Notes under the pieces: generated by a model
What the model was told of the DNA's origin: nothing
The model's input: the letters and a program-made list of their open reading frames with translations, nothing else
Database searches by the model: none
Position numbers and translations under genes: made by a program
Assembly: GCF_009914755.1 (NCBI RefSeq)
Contig: NC_060925.1
Source: the human T2T-CHM13v2.0 reference genome, Homo sapiens
Reading direction: 5' to 3' (one strand)
Length of the DNA stretch: 64,000 nt
Part shown: piece after piece, positions 30,201 through 44,581 of the stretch
Numbering within the stretch: the stretch's first letter is position 1
Layout: each line of letters starts with the position of its first letter

Positions 30201-33200
30201 AAATGAATGGAATCGTCATAGAATGGAATCGAATGGATTCATTGAATGGAATCAGATGGAATCATCGAATGGACTGGAATGGAATCATTGAATGGACTCG
30301 AAAGGGATCATTATTGAATGGAATTGAATGGAATCATCGAATGGTCTCGATTGGAATCATTATCAAATGGAATCGAATGGAATCACCGAATAGAATCGAA
30401 TGGAACAATCATCGAATGGACTCAAATGGAATTATCCTCAAATGGAATCGAATGGAATTATCGAATGCAATCGAATGGAATTATCGAATGCAATCGAATA
30501 GAATCATCGAATGGACTCGAATGGAATCATCGAATGGAATGGAATGGAACAGTCAATGAACTCGAATGGAATCATCATTGAATGGAATCGAATGGAATCA
30601 TCGAGTGGAATCGAATGGAATTATGATCAAATGGAATCGAATGTAATCATCATCAAATGGAATCAAAAATAACCATCATCAATTGCTATTGAATGGAATT
30701 GTCATCAAATGGAATTCAAAGGAATCATCATCAAATGGAACCGAATGGAATCCTCATTGAATGGAAATGAAAGGGGTCATCATCTAATGGAATCGCATGG
30801 AATCATCATCAAATGGAATCGAATGGAATCATCATCAAATGGAATCTAATGGAATCATTGAACAGAATTGAATGGAATCGTCATCGAATGAATTGAATGC
30901 AATCATCGAATGGTCTCGAATGGAATCATCTTCTAATGGAAAGGAATGGAATCATCGCATAGAAGCGAATGGAATTATCATCGAATGGAATCGAATGGTA
31001 TCAACACCAAACGGAAAAAAACGGAATTATCGAATGGAATCGAAGAGAATCTTCGAACGGACCCGAATGGAATCATCTAATGGAATGGAATGGAATAATC
31101 CATGGACTCGAATGCAATCATCATCGAATGGAATGGAATGGAATCATCGAATGGACTCGAATGGAATAATCATTGAACGGAATCGAATGGAATCATCATC
31201 GGATGGAAACGAATGGAATCATCATCGAATGGAAATGAAAGGAGTCATCATCTAATGGAATTGCATGGAATCATCATAAAATGGAATCGAATGGAATCAA
31301 CATCAAATGGAATCAAATGGAATCATTGAACGGAATTGAATGGAATCGTCATCGAATGAATTGACTGCAATCATCGAATGGTCTCGAATGGAATCATCTT
31401 CAAATGGAATGGAATGGAATCATCGCATAGAATCGAATGGAATTATCATCGAATGGAATCGAATGGAATCAACATCAAACGGAAAAAAACGGAATTATCG
31501 AATGGAATCGAAGAGAATCATCGAATGGACCCGAATGGAATCATCTAATGGAATGGAATGGAATAATCCATGGACTCGAATGCAATCATCATCGAATGGA
31601 ATCGAATGGAATCATCGAATGGACTCGAATGGAATAATCATTGAACGGAATCGAATGGAATCATCATCGGATGGAAATGAATGGAATCATCATCGAATGG
31701 AATCGAATAGAATTATGGAATGAAATCCAGTGTGATCATCATCGAATGGACCCGAATGGAATCATCATCCAACGGAAGCTAATGGAATCAACATCGAATG
31801 AATCGAATGGAAACACCATCGAATTGAAACGAATGGAATTATTATGAAATTGAAATGGATGGACTCATCATCGAATGGATTCGAATGGAATCATCGAATA
31901 AAATTGATTGAAATCATCATCCAATGGAATCGAATGGTATCATTGAATGGAATCGAATGGAATCATAATCAGATGGAAATGAATGGAATCGTCATAGAAT
32001 GGAATCGAATGGATTCATTGAATGGAATCAGATGGAATCATCGAATGGACTGGAATGGAATCATTGAATGGAATCGAAAGGGATCATAATTGAATGGAAT
32101 TGAATGGAATCATCGAATGGTCTCGTTTGGAATCATTATCAAATGGAATCGAATGGAATCACCGAATAGAATCGAATGGAACAATCATCGAATGGACTCA
32201 AATGGAATTATCCTCCAATGGAATCGAATGGAATTATCGAATGCAATCGAATGGAATTATCGAATGCAATCGAATAGAATCATCGAATGGACTCGAATGG
32301 AATCATCGAATGGAATGGAATGGAACAGTCAATGAACTCGAATGGAATCATCATTGAATGGAATCGAATGGAATCATCGAGTGGAATCGAATGGAATTAT
32401 GATCAAATGGAATCGAATGTAATCATCATCAAATGGAATCAAAAATAACCATCATCAATTGCTATTGAATGGAATTGTCATCAAATGGAATTCAAAGGAA
32501 TCATCATCAAATGGAACCGAATGGAATCCTCATTGAATGGAAATGAAAGGGGTCATCATCTAATGGAATCGCATGGAATCATCATCAAATGGAATCGAAT
32601 GGAATCATCATCAAATGGAATCTAATGGAATCATTGAACAGAATTGAATGGAATCGTCATCGAATGAATTGAATGCAATCATCGAATGGTCTCGAATGGA
32701 ATCATCTTCTAATGGAAAGGAATGGAATCATCGCATAGAATCGAATGGAATTATCATCGAATGGAATCGAATGGTATCAACACCAAACGGAAAAAAACGG
32801 AATTATCGAATTGAATCGAAGAGAATCTTCGAACGGACCCGAATGGAATCATCTAATGGAATGGAATGGAATAATCCATGGACTCGAATGCAATCATCAT
32901 CGAATGGAATCGAATGGAATCATCGAATGGACTCGAATGGAATAATCATTGAACGGAATCGAATGGAATCATCATCGGATGGAAACGAATGGAATCATCA
33001 TCGAATGGAAATGAAAGGAGTCATCATCTAATGGAATTGCATGGAATCATCATAAAATGGAATCGAATGGAATCAACATCAAATGGAATCAAATGGAATC
33101 ATTGAACGGAATTGAATGGAATCGTCATCGAATGAATTGACTGCAATCATCCAATGGTCTCGAATGGAATCATCTTCAAATGGAATGGAATGGAATCATC

Positions 33201-34393
33201 GCATAGAATCGAATGGAATTATCATCGAATGGAATCGAATGGAATCAACATCAAACGGAAAAAAACGGAATTATCGAATGGAATCGAAGAGAATCATCGA
33301 ATGGACCCGAATGGAATCATCTAATGGAATGGAATGGAATAATCCATGGACTCGAATGCAATCATCATCGAATGGAATCGAATGGAATCATCGAATGGAC
33401 TCGAATGGAATAATCATTGAACGGAATCGAATGGAATCATCATCGGATGGAAATGAATGGAATCATCATCGAATGGAATCGAATAGAATTATGGAATGAA
33501 ATCCAGTGTGATCATCATCGAATGGACCCGAATGGAATCATCATCCAACGGAAGCTAATGGAATCAACATCGAATGAATCGAATGGAAACACCATCGAAT
33601 TGAAACGAATGGAATTATCATGAAATTGAAATGGATGGACTCATCATCGAATGGATTCGAATGGAATCATCGAATAAAATTGATTGAAATCATCATCCAA
33701 TGGAATCGAATGGTATCATTGAATGGAATCGAATGGAATCATCATCAGATGGAAATGAATGGAATCGTCATAGAATGGAATCGAATGGATTCATTGAATG
33801 GAATCAGATGGAATCATCGAATGGACTGGAATGGAATCATTGAATGGAATCGAAAGGGATCATAATTGAATGGAATTGAATGGAATCATCGAATGGTCTC
33901 GATTGGAATCATTATCAAATGGAATCGAATGGAATCACCGAATAGAATCGAATGGAACAATCATCGAATGGACTCAAATGGAATTATCCTCAAATGGAAT
34001 CGAATGGAATTATCGAATGCAATCGAATGGAATTATCGAATGCAATCGAATAGAATCATCGAATGGACTCGAATGGAATCATCGAATGGAATGGAATGGA
34101 ACAGTCAATGAACTCGAATGGAATCATCATTGAATGGAATCGAATGGAATCATCGAGTGGAATCGAATGGAATTATGATCAAATGGAATCGAATGTAATC
34201 ATCATCAAATGGAATCAAAAATAACCATCATCAATTGGTATTGAATGGAATTGTCATCAAATGGAATTCAAAGGAATCATCATCAAATGGAACCGAATGG
34301 AATCCTCATTGAATGGAAATGAAAGGGGTCATCATCTAATGGAATCGCATGGAATCATCATCAAATGGAATCGAATGGAATCATCATCAAATG

Positions 34394-35701
34394 GAATCTA
34401 ATGGAATCATTGAACAGAATTGAATGGAATCGTCATCGAATGAATTGAATGCAATCATCGAATGGTCTCGAATGGAATCATCTTCTAATGGAAAGGAATG
34501 GAATCATCGCATAGAATCGAATGGAATTATCATCGAATGGAATCGAATGGTATCAACACCAAACGGAAAAAAACGGAATTATCGAATGGAATCGAAGAGA
34601 ATCTTCGAACGGACCCGAATGGAATCATCTAATGGAATGGAATGGAATAATCCATGGACTCGAATGCAATCATCATCGAATGGAATCGAATGGAATCATC
34701 GAATGGACTCGAATGGAATAATCATTGAACGGAATCGAATGGAATCATCATCGGATGGAAATGAATGGAATCATCATCGAATGGAATCGAATAGAATTAT
34801 GGAATGAAATCCAGTGTGATCATCATCGAATGGACCCGAATGGAATCATCATCCAACGGAAGCTAATGGAATCAACATCGAATGAATCGAATGGAAACAC
34901 CATCGAATTGAAACGAATGGAATTATTATGAAATTGAAATGGATGGACTCATCATCGAATGGATTCGAATGGAATCATCGAATAAAATTGATTGAAATCA
35001 TCATCCAATGGAATCGAATGGTATCATTGAATGGAATCGAATGGAATCATCATCAGATGGAAATGAAAGGAATCGTCATAGAATGGAATCGAATGGATTC
35101 ATTGAATGGAATCAGATGGAATCATCGAATGGACTGGAATGGAATCATTGAATGGACTCGAAAGGGATCATGATTGAATGGAATTGAATGGAATCATCGA
35201 ATGGTCTCGATTGGAATCATTATCAAATGGAATCGAATGGAATCACCGAACAGAATCGAATGGAACAATCATCGAATGGACTCAAATGGAATTATCCTCC
35301 AATGGAATCGAATGGAATTATCGAATGCAATCGAATGGAATTATCGAATGCAATCGAATAGAATCATCGAAAGGACTCGAATGGAATCATCGAATGGAAT
35401 GGAATGGAACAGTCAATGAACTCGAATGGAATCATCATTGAATGGAATCGAATGGAATCATCGAGTGGAATCGAATGGAATTATGAGCAAATGGAATCGA
35501 ATGTAATCATCATCAAATGGAATCAAAAATAACCATCATCAATTGGTATTGAATGGAATTGTCATCAAATGGAATTCAAAGGAATCATCATCAAATGGAA
35601 CCGAATGGAATCCTCATTGAATGGAAATGAAAGGGGTCATCATCTAATGGAATCGCATGGAATCATCATCAAATGGAATAGAATGGAATCATCATCAAAT
35701 G
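34394..35701 (+). repeat. Second short 1308-bp unit (unit 21) with a chimeric A/B subunit
   Basis: Spacing 34424 to 35732 is 1308. A markers persist to cttcgaacgg (~34610), and the B-type end gaatcgaatagaattatgg follows at ~34785. Confidence 0.93.
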
Positions 35702-38700
35702 GAATCTAATGGAATCATTGAACAGAATTGAATGGAATCGTCATCGAATGAATTGAATGCAATCATCGAATGGTCTCGAATGGAATCATCTTCTAATGGA
35801 AAGGAATGGAATCATCGCATAGAATCGAATGGAATTATCATCGAATGGAATCGAATGGTATCAACACCAAACGGAAAAAAACGGAATTATCGAATGGAAT
35901 CGAAGAGAATCTTCGAACGGACCCGAATGGAATCATCTAATGGAATGGAATGGAATAATCCATGGACTCGAATGCAATCATCATCGAATGGAATCGAATG
36001 GATTCATCGAATGGACTCGAATGGAATAATCATTGAACGGAATCGATTGGAATCATCATCGGATGGAAACGAATGGAATCATCATCGAATGGAAATGAAA
36101 GGAGTCATCATCTAATGGAATTGCATGGAATCATCATAAAATGGAATCGAATGGAATCAACATCAAATGGAATCAAATGGAATCATTGAACGGAATTGAA
36201 TGGAATCGTCATCGAATGAATTGACTGCAATCATCCAATGGTCTCGAATGGAATCATCTTCAAATGGAATGGAATGGAATCATCGCATAGAATCGAAAGG
36301 AATTATCATCGAATGGAATCGAATGGAATCAACATCAAACGGAAAAAAACAGAATTATCGTATGGAATCGAAGTGAATCATCGAAGGGACCCGAATGGAA
36401 TCATCTAATGGAATGGAATGGAATAATCCATGGACTCGAATGCAATCATCATCGAATGGAATCGAATGGAATCATCGAATGGACTCGAATGGAATAATCA
36501 TTGAACGGAATCGAATGGAATCATCATCGGATGGAAATGAATGGAATCATCATCGAATGGAATCGAATAGAATTATGGAATGAAATCCAGTGTGATCATC
36601 ATCGAATGGACCCGAATGGAATCAACATCCAACGGAAGCTAATGGAATCAACATCGAATGAATCGAATGGAAACACCATCGAATTGAAACGAATGGAATT
36701 ATCATGAAATTGAAATGGATGGACTCATCATCGAATGGATTCGAATGGAATCATCGAATAAAATTGATTGAAATCATCATCCAATGGAATCGAATGGTAT
36801 CATTGAATGGAATCGAATGGAATCATCATCAGATGGAAATGAATGGAATCGTCATAGAATGGAATCGAATGGATTCATTGAATGGAATCAGATGGAATCA
36901 TCGAATGGACTGGAATGGAATCATTGAATGGACTCGAAAGGGATCATTATTGAATGGAATTGAATGGAATCATCGAATGGTCTCGATTGGAATCATTATC
37001 AAATGGAATCGAATGGAATCACCGAACAGAATCGAATGGAACAATCATCGAATGGACTCAAATGGAATTATCCTCCAATGGAATCGAATGGAATTATCGA
37101 ATGCAATCGAATGGAATTATCGAATGCAATCGAATAGAATCATCGAATGGACTCGAATGGAATCATCGAATGGAATGGAATGGAACAGTCAATGAACTCG
37201 AATGGAATCATCATTGAATGGAATCGAATGGAATCATCGAGTGGAATCGAATGGAATTATGATCAAATGGAATCGAATGTAATCATCATCAAATGGAATC
37301 AAAAATAACCATCATCAATTGGTATTGAATGGAATTGTCATCAAATGGAATTCAAAGGAATCATCATCAAATGGAACCGAATGGAATCCTCATTGAATGG
37401 AAATGAAAGGGGTCATCATCTAATGGAATCGCATGGAATCATCATCAAATGGAATCGAATGGAATCATCATCAAATGGAATCTAATGGAATCATTGAACA
37501 GAATTGAATGGAATCGTCATCGAATGAATTGAATGCAATCATCGAATGGTCTCGAATGGAATCATCTTCTAATGGAAAGGAATGGAATCATCGCATAGAA
37601 TCGAATGGAATTATCATCGAATGGAATCGAATGGTATCAACACCAAACGGAAAAAAACGGAATTATCGAATTGAATCGAAGAGAATCTTCGAACGGACCC
37701 GAATGGAATCATCTAATGGAATGGAATGGAATAATCCATGGACTCGAATGCAATCATCATCGAATGGAATCGAATGGAATCATCGAATGGACTCGAATGG
37801 AATAATCATTGAACGGAATCGAATGGAATCATCATCGGATGGAAACGAATGGAATCATCATCGAATGGAAATGAAAGGAGTCATCATCTAATGGAATTGC
37901 ATGGAATCATCATAAAATGGAATCGAATGGAATCAACATCAAATGGAATCAAATGGAATCATTGAACGGAATTGAATGGAATCGTCATCGAATGAATTGA
38001 CTGCAATCATCCAATGGTCTCGAATGGAATCATCTTCAAATGGAATGGAATGGAATCATCGCATAGAATCGAATGGAATTATCATCGAATGGAATCGAAT
38101 GGAATCAACATCAAACGGAAAAAAATGGAATTATCGAATGGAATCGAAGAGAATCGTCGAATGGACCCGAATGGAATCATCTAATGGAATGGAATGGAAT
38201 AATCCATGGACTCGAATGCAATCATCATCGAATGGAATCGAATGGAATCATCGAATGGACTCGAATGGAATAATCATTGAACGGAATCGAATGGAATCAT
38301 CATCGGATGGAAATGAATGGAATCATCATCGAATGGAATCGAATAGAATTATGGAATGAAATCCAGTGTGATCATCATCGAATGGACCCGAATGGAATCA
38401 TCATCCAACGGAAGCTAATGGAATCAACATCGAATGAATCGAATGGAAACACCATCGAATTGAAACGAATGGAATTATCATGAAATTGAAATGGATGGAC
38501 TCATCATCGAATGGATTCGAATGGAATCATCGAATAAAATTGATTGAAATCATCATCCAATGGAATCGAATGGTATCATTGAATGGAATCGAATGGAATC
38601 ATCATCAGATGGAAATGAATGGAATCGTCATAGAATGGAATCGAATGGATTCATTGAATGGAATCAGATGGAATCATCGAATGGACTGGAATGGAATCAT

Positions 38701-41029
38701 TGAATGGAATCGAAAGGGATCATAATTGAATGGAATTGAATGGAATCATCGAATGGTCTCGATTGGAATCATTATCAAATGGAATCGAATGGAATCACCG
38801 AATAGAATCGAATGGAACAATCATCGAATGGACTCAAATGGAATTATCCTCCAATGGAATCGAATGGAATTATCGAATGCAATCGAATGGAATTATCGAA
38901 TGCAATCGAATAGAATCATCGAATGGACTCGAATGGAATCATCGAATGGAATGGAATGGAACAGTCAATGAACTCGAATGGAATCATCATTGAATGGAAT
39001 CGAATGGAATCATCGAGTGGAATCGAATGGAATTATGATCAAATGGAATCGAATGTAATCATCATCAAATGGAATCAAAAATAACCATCATCAATTGGTA
39101 TTGAATGGAATTGTCATCAAATGGAATTCAAAGGAATCATCATCAAATGGAACCGAATGGAATCCTCATTGAATGGAAATGAAAGGGGTCATCATCTAAT
39201 GGAATCGCATGGAATCATCATCAAATGGAATCGAATGGAATCATCATCAAATGGAATCTAATGGAATCATTGAACAGAATTGAATGGAATCGTCATCGAA
39301 TGAATTGAATGCAATCATCGAATGGTCTCGAATGGAATCATCTTCTAATGGAAAGGAATGGAATCATCGCATAGAATCGAATGGAATTATCATCGAATGG
39401 AATCGAATGGTATCAACACCAAACGGAAAAAAACGGAATTATCGAATGGAATCGAAGAGAATCTTCGAACGGACCCGAATGGAATCATCTAATGGAATGG
39501 AATGGAATAATCCATGGACTCGAATGCAATCATCATCGAATGGAATCGAATGGAATCATCGAATGGACTCGAATGGAATAATCATTGAACGGAATCGATT
39601 GGAATCATCATCGGATGGAAACGAATGGAATCATCATCGAATGGAAATGAAAGGAGTCATCATCTAATGGAATTGCATGGAATCATCATAAAATGGAATC
39701 GAATGGAATCAACATCAAATGGAATCAAATGGAATCATTGAACGGAATTGAATGGAATCGTCATCGAATGAATTGACTGCAATCATCCAATGGTCTCGAA
39801 TGGAATCATCTTCAAATGGAATGGAATGGAATCATCGCATAAAATCGAATGGAATTATCATCGAATGGAATCGAATGGAATCAACATCAAACGGAAAAAA
39901 ACGGAATTATCGAATGGAATCGAAGAGAATCATCGAATGGACCCGAATGGAATCATCTAATGGAATGGAATGGAATAATCCATGGACTCGAATGCAATCA
40001 TCATCGAATGGAATCGAATGGAATCATCGAATGGACTCGAATGGAATAATCATTGAACGGAATCGAATGGAATCATCATCGGATGGAAATGAATGGAATC
40101 ATCATCGAATGGAATCGAATAGAATTATGGAATGAAATCCAGTGTGATCATCATCGAATGGACCCGAATGGAATCAACATCCAACGGAAGCTAATGGAAT
40201 CAACATCGAATGAATCGAATGGAAACACCATCGAATTGAAACGAATGGAATTATCATGAAATTGAAATGGATGGACTCATCATCGAATGGATTCGAATGG
40301 AATCATCGAATAAAATTGATTGAAATCATCATCCAATGGAATCGAATGGTATCATTGAATGGAATCGAATGGAATCATCATCAGATGGAAATGAATGGAA
40401 TCGTCATAGAATGGAATCGAATGGATTCATTGAATAGAATCAGATGGAATCATCGAATGGACTGGAATGGAATCATTGAATGGACTCGAAAGGGATCATT
40501 ATTGAATGGAATTGAATGGAATCATCGAATGGTCTCGATTGGAATCATTATCAAATGGAATCGAATGAAATCACCGAACAGAATCGAATGGAACAATCAT
40601 CGAATGGACTCAAATGGAATTATCCTCCAATGGAATCGAATGGAATTATCGAATGCAATCGAATGGAATTATCGAATGCAATCGAATAGAATCATCGAGT
40701 GGACTCGAATGGAATCATCGAATGGAATGGAATGGAACAGTCAATGAACTCGAATGGAATCATCATTGAATGGAATCGAATGGAATCATCGAGTGGAATC
40801 GAATGGAATTATGATCAAATGGAATCGAATGTAATCATCATCAAATGGAATCAAAAATAACCATCATCAATTGGTATTGAATGGAATTGTCATCAAATGG
40901 AATTCAAAGGAATCATCATCAAATGGAACCGAATGGAATCCTCATTGAATGGAAATGAAAGGGGTCATCATCTAATGGAATCGCATGGAATCATCATCAA
41001 ATGGAATCGAATGGAATCATCATCAAATG

Positions 41030-44000
41030 GAATCTAATGGAATCATTGAACAGAATTGAATGGAATCGTCATCGAATGAATTGAATGCAATCATCGAATG
41101 GTCTCGAATGGAATCATCTTCTAATGGAAAGGAATGGAATCATCGCATAGAATCGAATGGAATTATCATCGAATGGAATCGAATGGTATCAACACCAAAC
41201 GGAAAAAAACGGAATTATCGAATTGAATCGAAGAGAATCTTCGAACGGACCCGAATGGAATCATCTAATGGAATGGAATGGAATAATCCATGGACTCGAA
41301 TGCAATCATCATCGAATGGAATCGAATGGAATCATCGAATGGACTCGAATGGAATAATCATTGAACGGAATCGAATGGAATCATCATCGGATGGAAACGA
41401 ATGGAATCATCATCGAATGGAAATGAAAGGAGTCATCATCTAATGGAATTGCATGGAATCATCATAAAATGGAATCGAATGGAATCAACATCAAATGGAA
41501 TCAAATGGAATCATTGAACGGAATTGAATGGAATCGTCATCGAATGAATTGACTGCAATCATCCAATGGTCTCGAATGGAATCATCTTCAAATGGAATGG
41601 AATGGAATCATCGCATAGAATCGAATGGAATTATCATCGAATGGAATCGAATGGAATCAACATCAAACGGAAAAAAACGGAATTATCGAATGGAATCGAA
41701 GAGAATCATCGAATGGACCCGAATGGAATCATCTAATGGAATGGAATGGAATAATCCATGGACTCGAATGCAATCATCATCGAATGGAATCGAATGGAAT
41801 CATCGAATGGACTCGAATGGAATAATCATTGAACGGAATCGAATGGAATCATCATCGGATGTAAATGAATGGAATCATCATCGAATGGAATCGAATAGAA
41901 TTATGGAATGAAATCCAGTGTGATCATCATCGAATGGACCCGAATGGAATCATCATCCAACGGAAGCTAATGGAATCAACATCGAATGAATCGAATGGAA
42001 ACACCATCGAATTGAAACGAATGGAATTATCATGAAATTGAAATGGATGGACTCATCATCGAATGGATTCGAATGGAATCATCGAATAAAATTGATTGAA
42101 ATCATCATCCAATGGAATCGAATGGTATCATTGAATGGAATCGAATGGAATCATCATCAGATGGAAATGAATGGAATCGTCATAGAATGGAATCGAATGG
42201 ATTCATTGAATGGAATCAGATGGAATCATCGAATGGACTGGAATGGAATCATTGAATGGAATCGAAAGGGATCATAATTCAATGGAATTGAATGGAATCA
42301 TCGAATGGTCTCGATTGGAATCATTATCAAATGGAATCGAATGGAATCACCGAATAGAATCGAATGGAACAATCATCGAATGGACTCAAATGGAATTATC
42401 CTCCAATGGAATCGAATGGAATTATCGAATGCAATCGAATGGAATTATCGAATGCAATCGAATAGAATCATCGAATGGACTCGAATGGAATCATCGAATG
42501 GAATGGAATGGAACAGTCAATGAACTCGAATGGAATCATCATTGAATGGAATCGAATGGAATCATCGAGTGGAATCGAATGGAATTATGATCAAATGGAA
42601 TCGAATGTAATCATCATCAAATGGAATCAAAAATAACCATCATCAATTGGTATTGAATGGAATTGTCATCAAATGGAATTCAAAGGAATCATCATCAAAT
42701 GGAACCGAATGGAATCCTCATTGAATGGAAATGAAAGGGTTCATCATCTAATGGAATCGCATGGAATCATCATCAAATGGAATCGAATGGAATCATCATC
42801 AAATGGAATCTAATGGAATCATTGAACAGAATTGAATGGAATCGTCATCGAATGAATTGAATGCAATCATCGAATGGTCTCGAATGGAATCATCTTCTAA
42901 TGGAAAGGAATGGAATCATCGCATAGAATCGAATGGAATTATCATCGAATGGAATCGAATGGTATCAACACCAAACGGAAAAAAACGGAATTATCGAATT
43001 GAATCGAAGAGAATCTTCGAACGGACCCGAATGGAATCATCTAATGGAATGGAATGGAATAATCCATGGACTCGAATGCAATCATCATCGAATGGAATCG
43101 AATGGAATCATCGAATGGACTCGAATGGAATAATCATTGAACGGAATCGAATGGAATCATCATCGGATGGAAACGAATGGAATCATCATCGAATGGAAAT
43201 GAAAGGAGTCATCATCTAATGGAATTGCATGGAATCATCATAAAATGGAATCGAATGGAATCAACATCAAATGGAATCAAATGGAATCATTGAACGGAAT
43301 TGAATGGAATCGTCATCGAATGAATTGACTGCAATCATCCAATGGTCTCGAATGGAATCATCTTCAAATGGAATGGAATGGAATCATCGCATAGAATCGA
43401 ATGGAATTATCATCGAATGGAATCGAATGGAATCAACATCAAACGGAAAAAAACGGAATTATCGAATGGAATCGAAGAGAATCATCGAATGGACCCGAAT
43501 GGAATCATCTAATGGAATGGAATGGAATAATCCATGGACTCGAATGCAATCATCATCGAATGGAATCGAATGGAATCATCGAATGGACTCGAATGGAATA
43601 ATCATTGAACGGAATCGAATGGAATCATCATCGGATGTAAATGAATGGAATCATCATCGAATGGAATCGAATAGAATTATGGAATGAAATCCAGTGTGAT
43701 CATCATCGAATGGACCCGAATGGAATCATCATCCAACGGAAGCTAATGGAATCAACATCGAATGAATCGAATGGAAACACCATCGAATTGAAACGAATGG
43801 AATTATCATGAAATTGAAATGGATGGACTCATCATCGAATGGATTCGAATGGAATCATCGAATAAAATTGATTGAAATCATCATCCAATGGAATCGAATG
43901 GTATCATTGAATGGAATCGAATGGAATCATCATCAGATGGAAATGAATGGAATCGTCATAGAATGGAATCGAATGGATTCATTGAATGGAATCAGATGGA

Positions 44001-44581
44001 ATCATCGAATGGACTGGAATGGAATCATTGAATGGAATCGAAAGGGATCATAATTCAATGGAATTGAATGGAATCATCGAATGGTCTCGATTGGAATCAT
44101 TATCAAATGGAATCGAATGGAATCACCGAATAGAATCGAATGGAACAATCATCGAATGGACTCAAATGGAATTATCCTCCAATGGAATCGAATGGAATTA
44201 TCGAATGCAATCGAATGGAATTATCGAATGCAATCGAATAGAATCATCGAATGGACTCGAATGGAATCATCGAATGGAATGGAATGGAACAGTCAATGAA
44301 CTCGAATGGAATCATCATTGAATGGAATCGAATGGAATCATCGAGTGGAATCGAATGGAATTATGATCAAATGGAATCGAATGTAATCATCATCAAATGG
44401 AATCAAAAATAACCATCATCAATTGGTATTGAATGGAATTGTCATCAAATGGAATTCAAAGGAATCATCATCAAATGGAACCGAATGGAATCCTCATTGA
44501 ATGGAAATGAAAGGGTTCATCATCTAATGGAATCGCATGGAATCATCATCAAATGGAATCGAATGGAATCATCATCAAATG
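41030..44581 (+). repeat. Two adjacent, apparently identical units (25 and 26), a recent single-unit duplication
   Basis: Both carry ggatgtaaatg (~41857/~43633) and cataattcaatgg (~42273/~44049), which I did not see in other units, plus gaattgaatcg and gaaagggttcatc. Confidence 0.85.

Larger units (their letters stand above)
17293..32900 (+). repeat. Recent multi-unit tandem duplication: units 11-15A repeated as units 16-20A (offset 8884, then 8216 after a deletion)
   Basis: Rare variants recur at fixed offsets: tcgaacagaatc (17491/26375), tttaataatc (19791/28007), agaagcgaat (22745/30961), tctcgtttgg (23905/32121) and gaattgaatcg (~24592/~32808). Confidence 0.9.
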
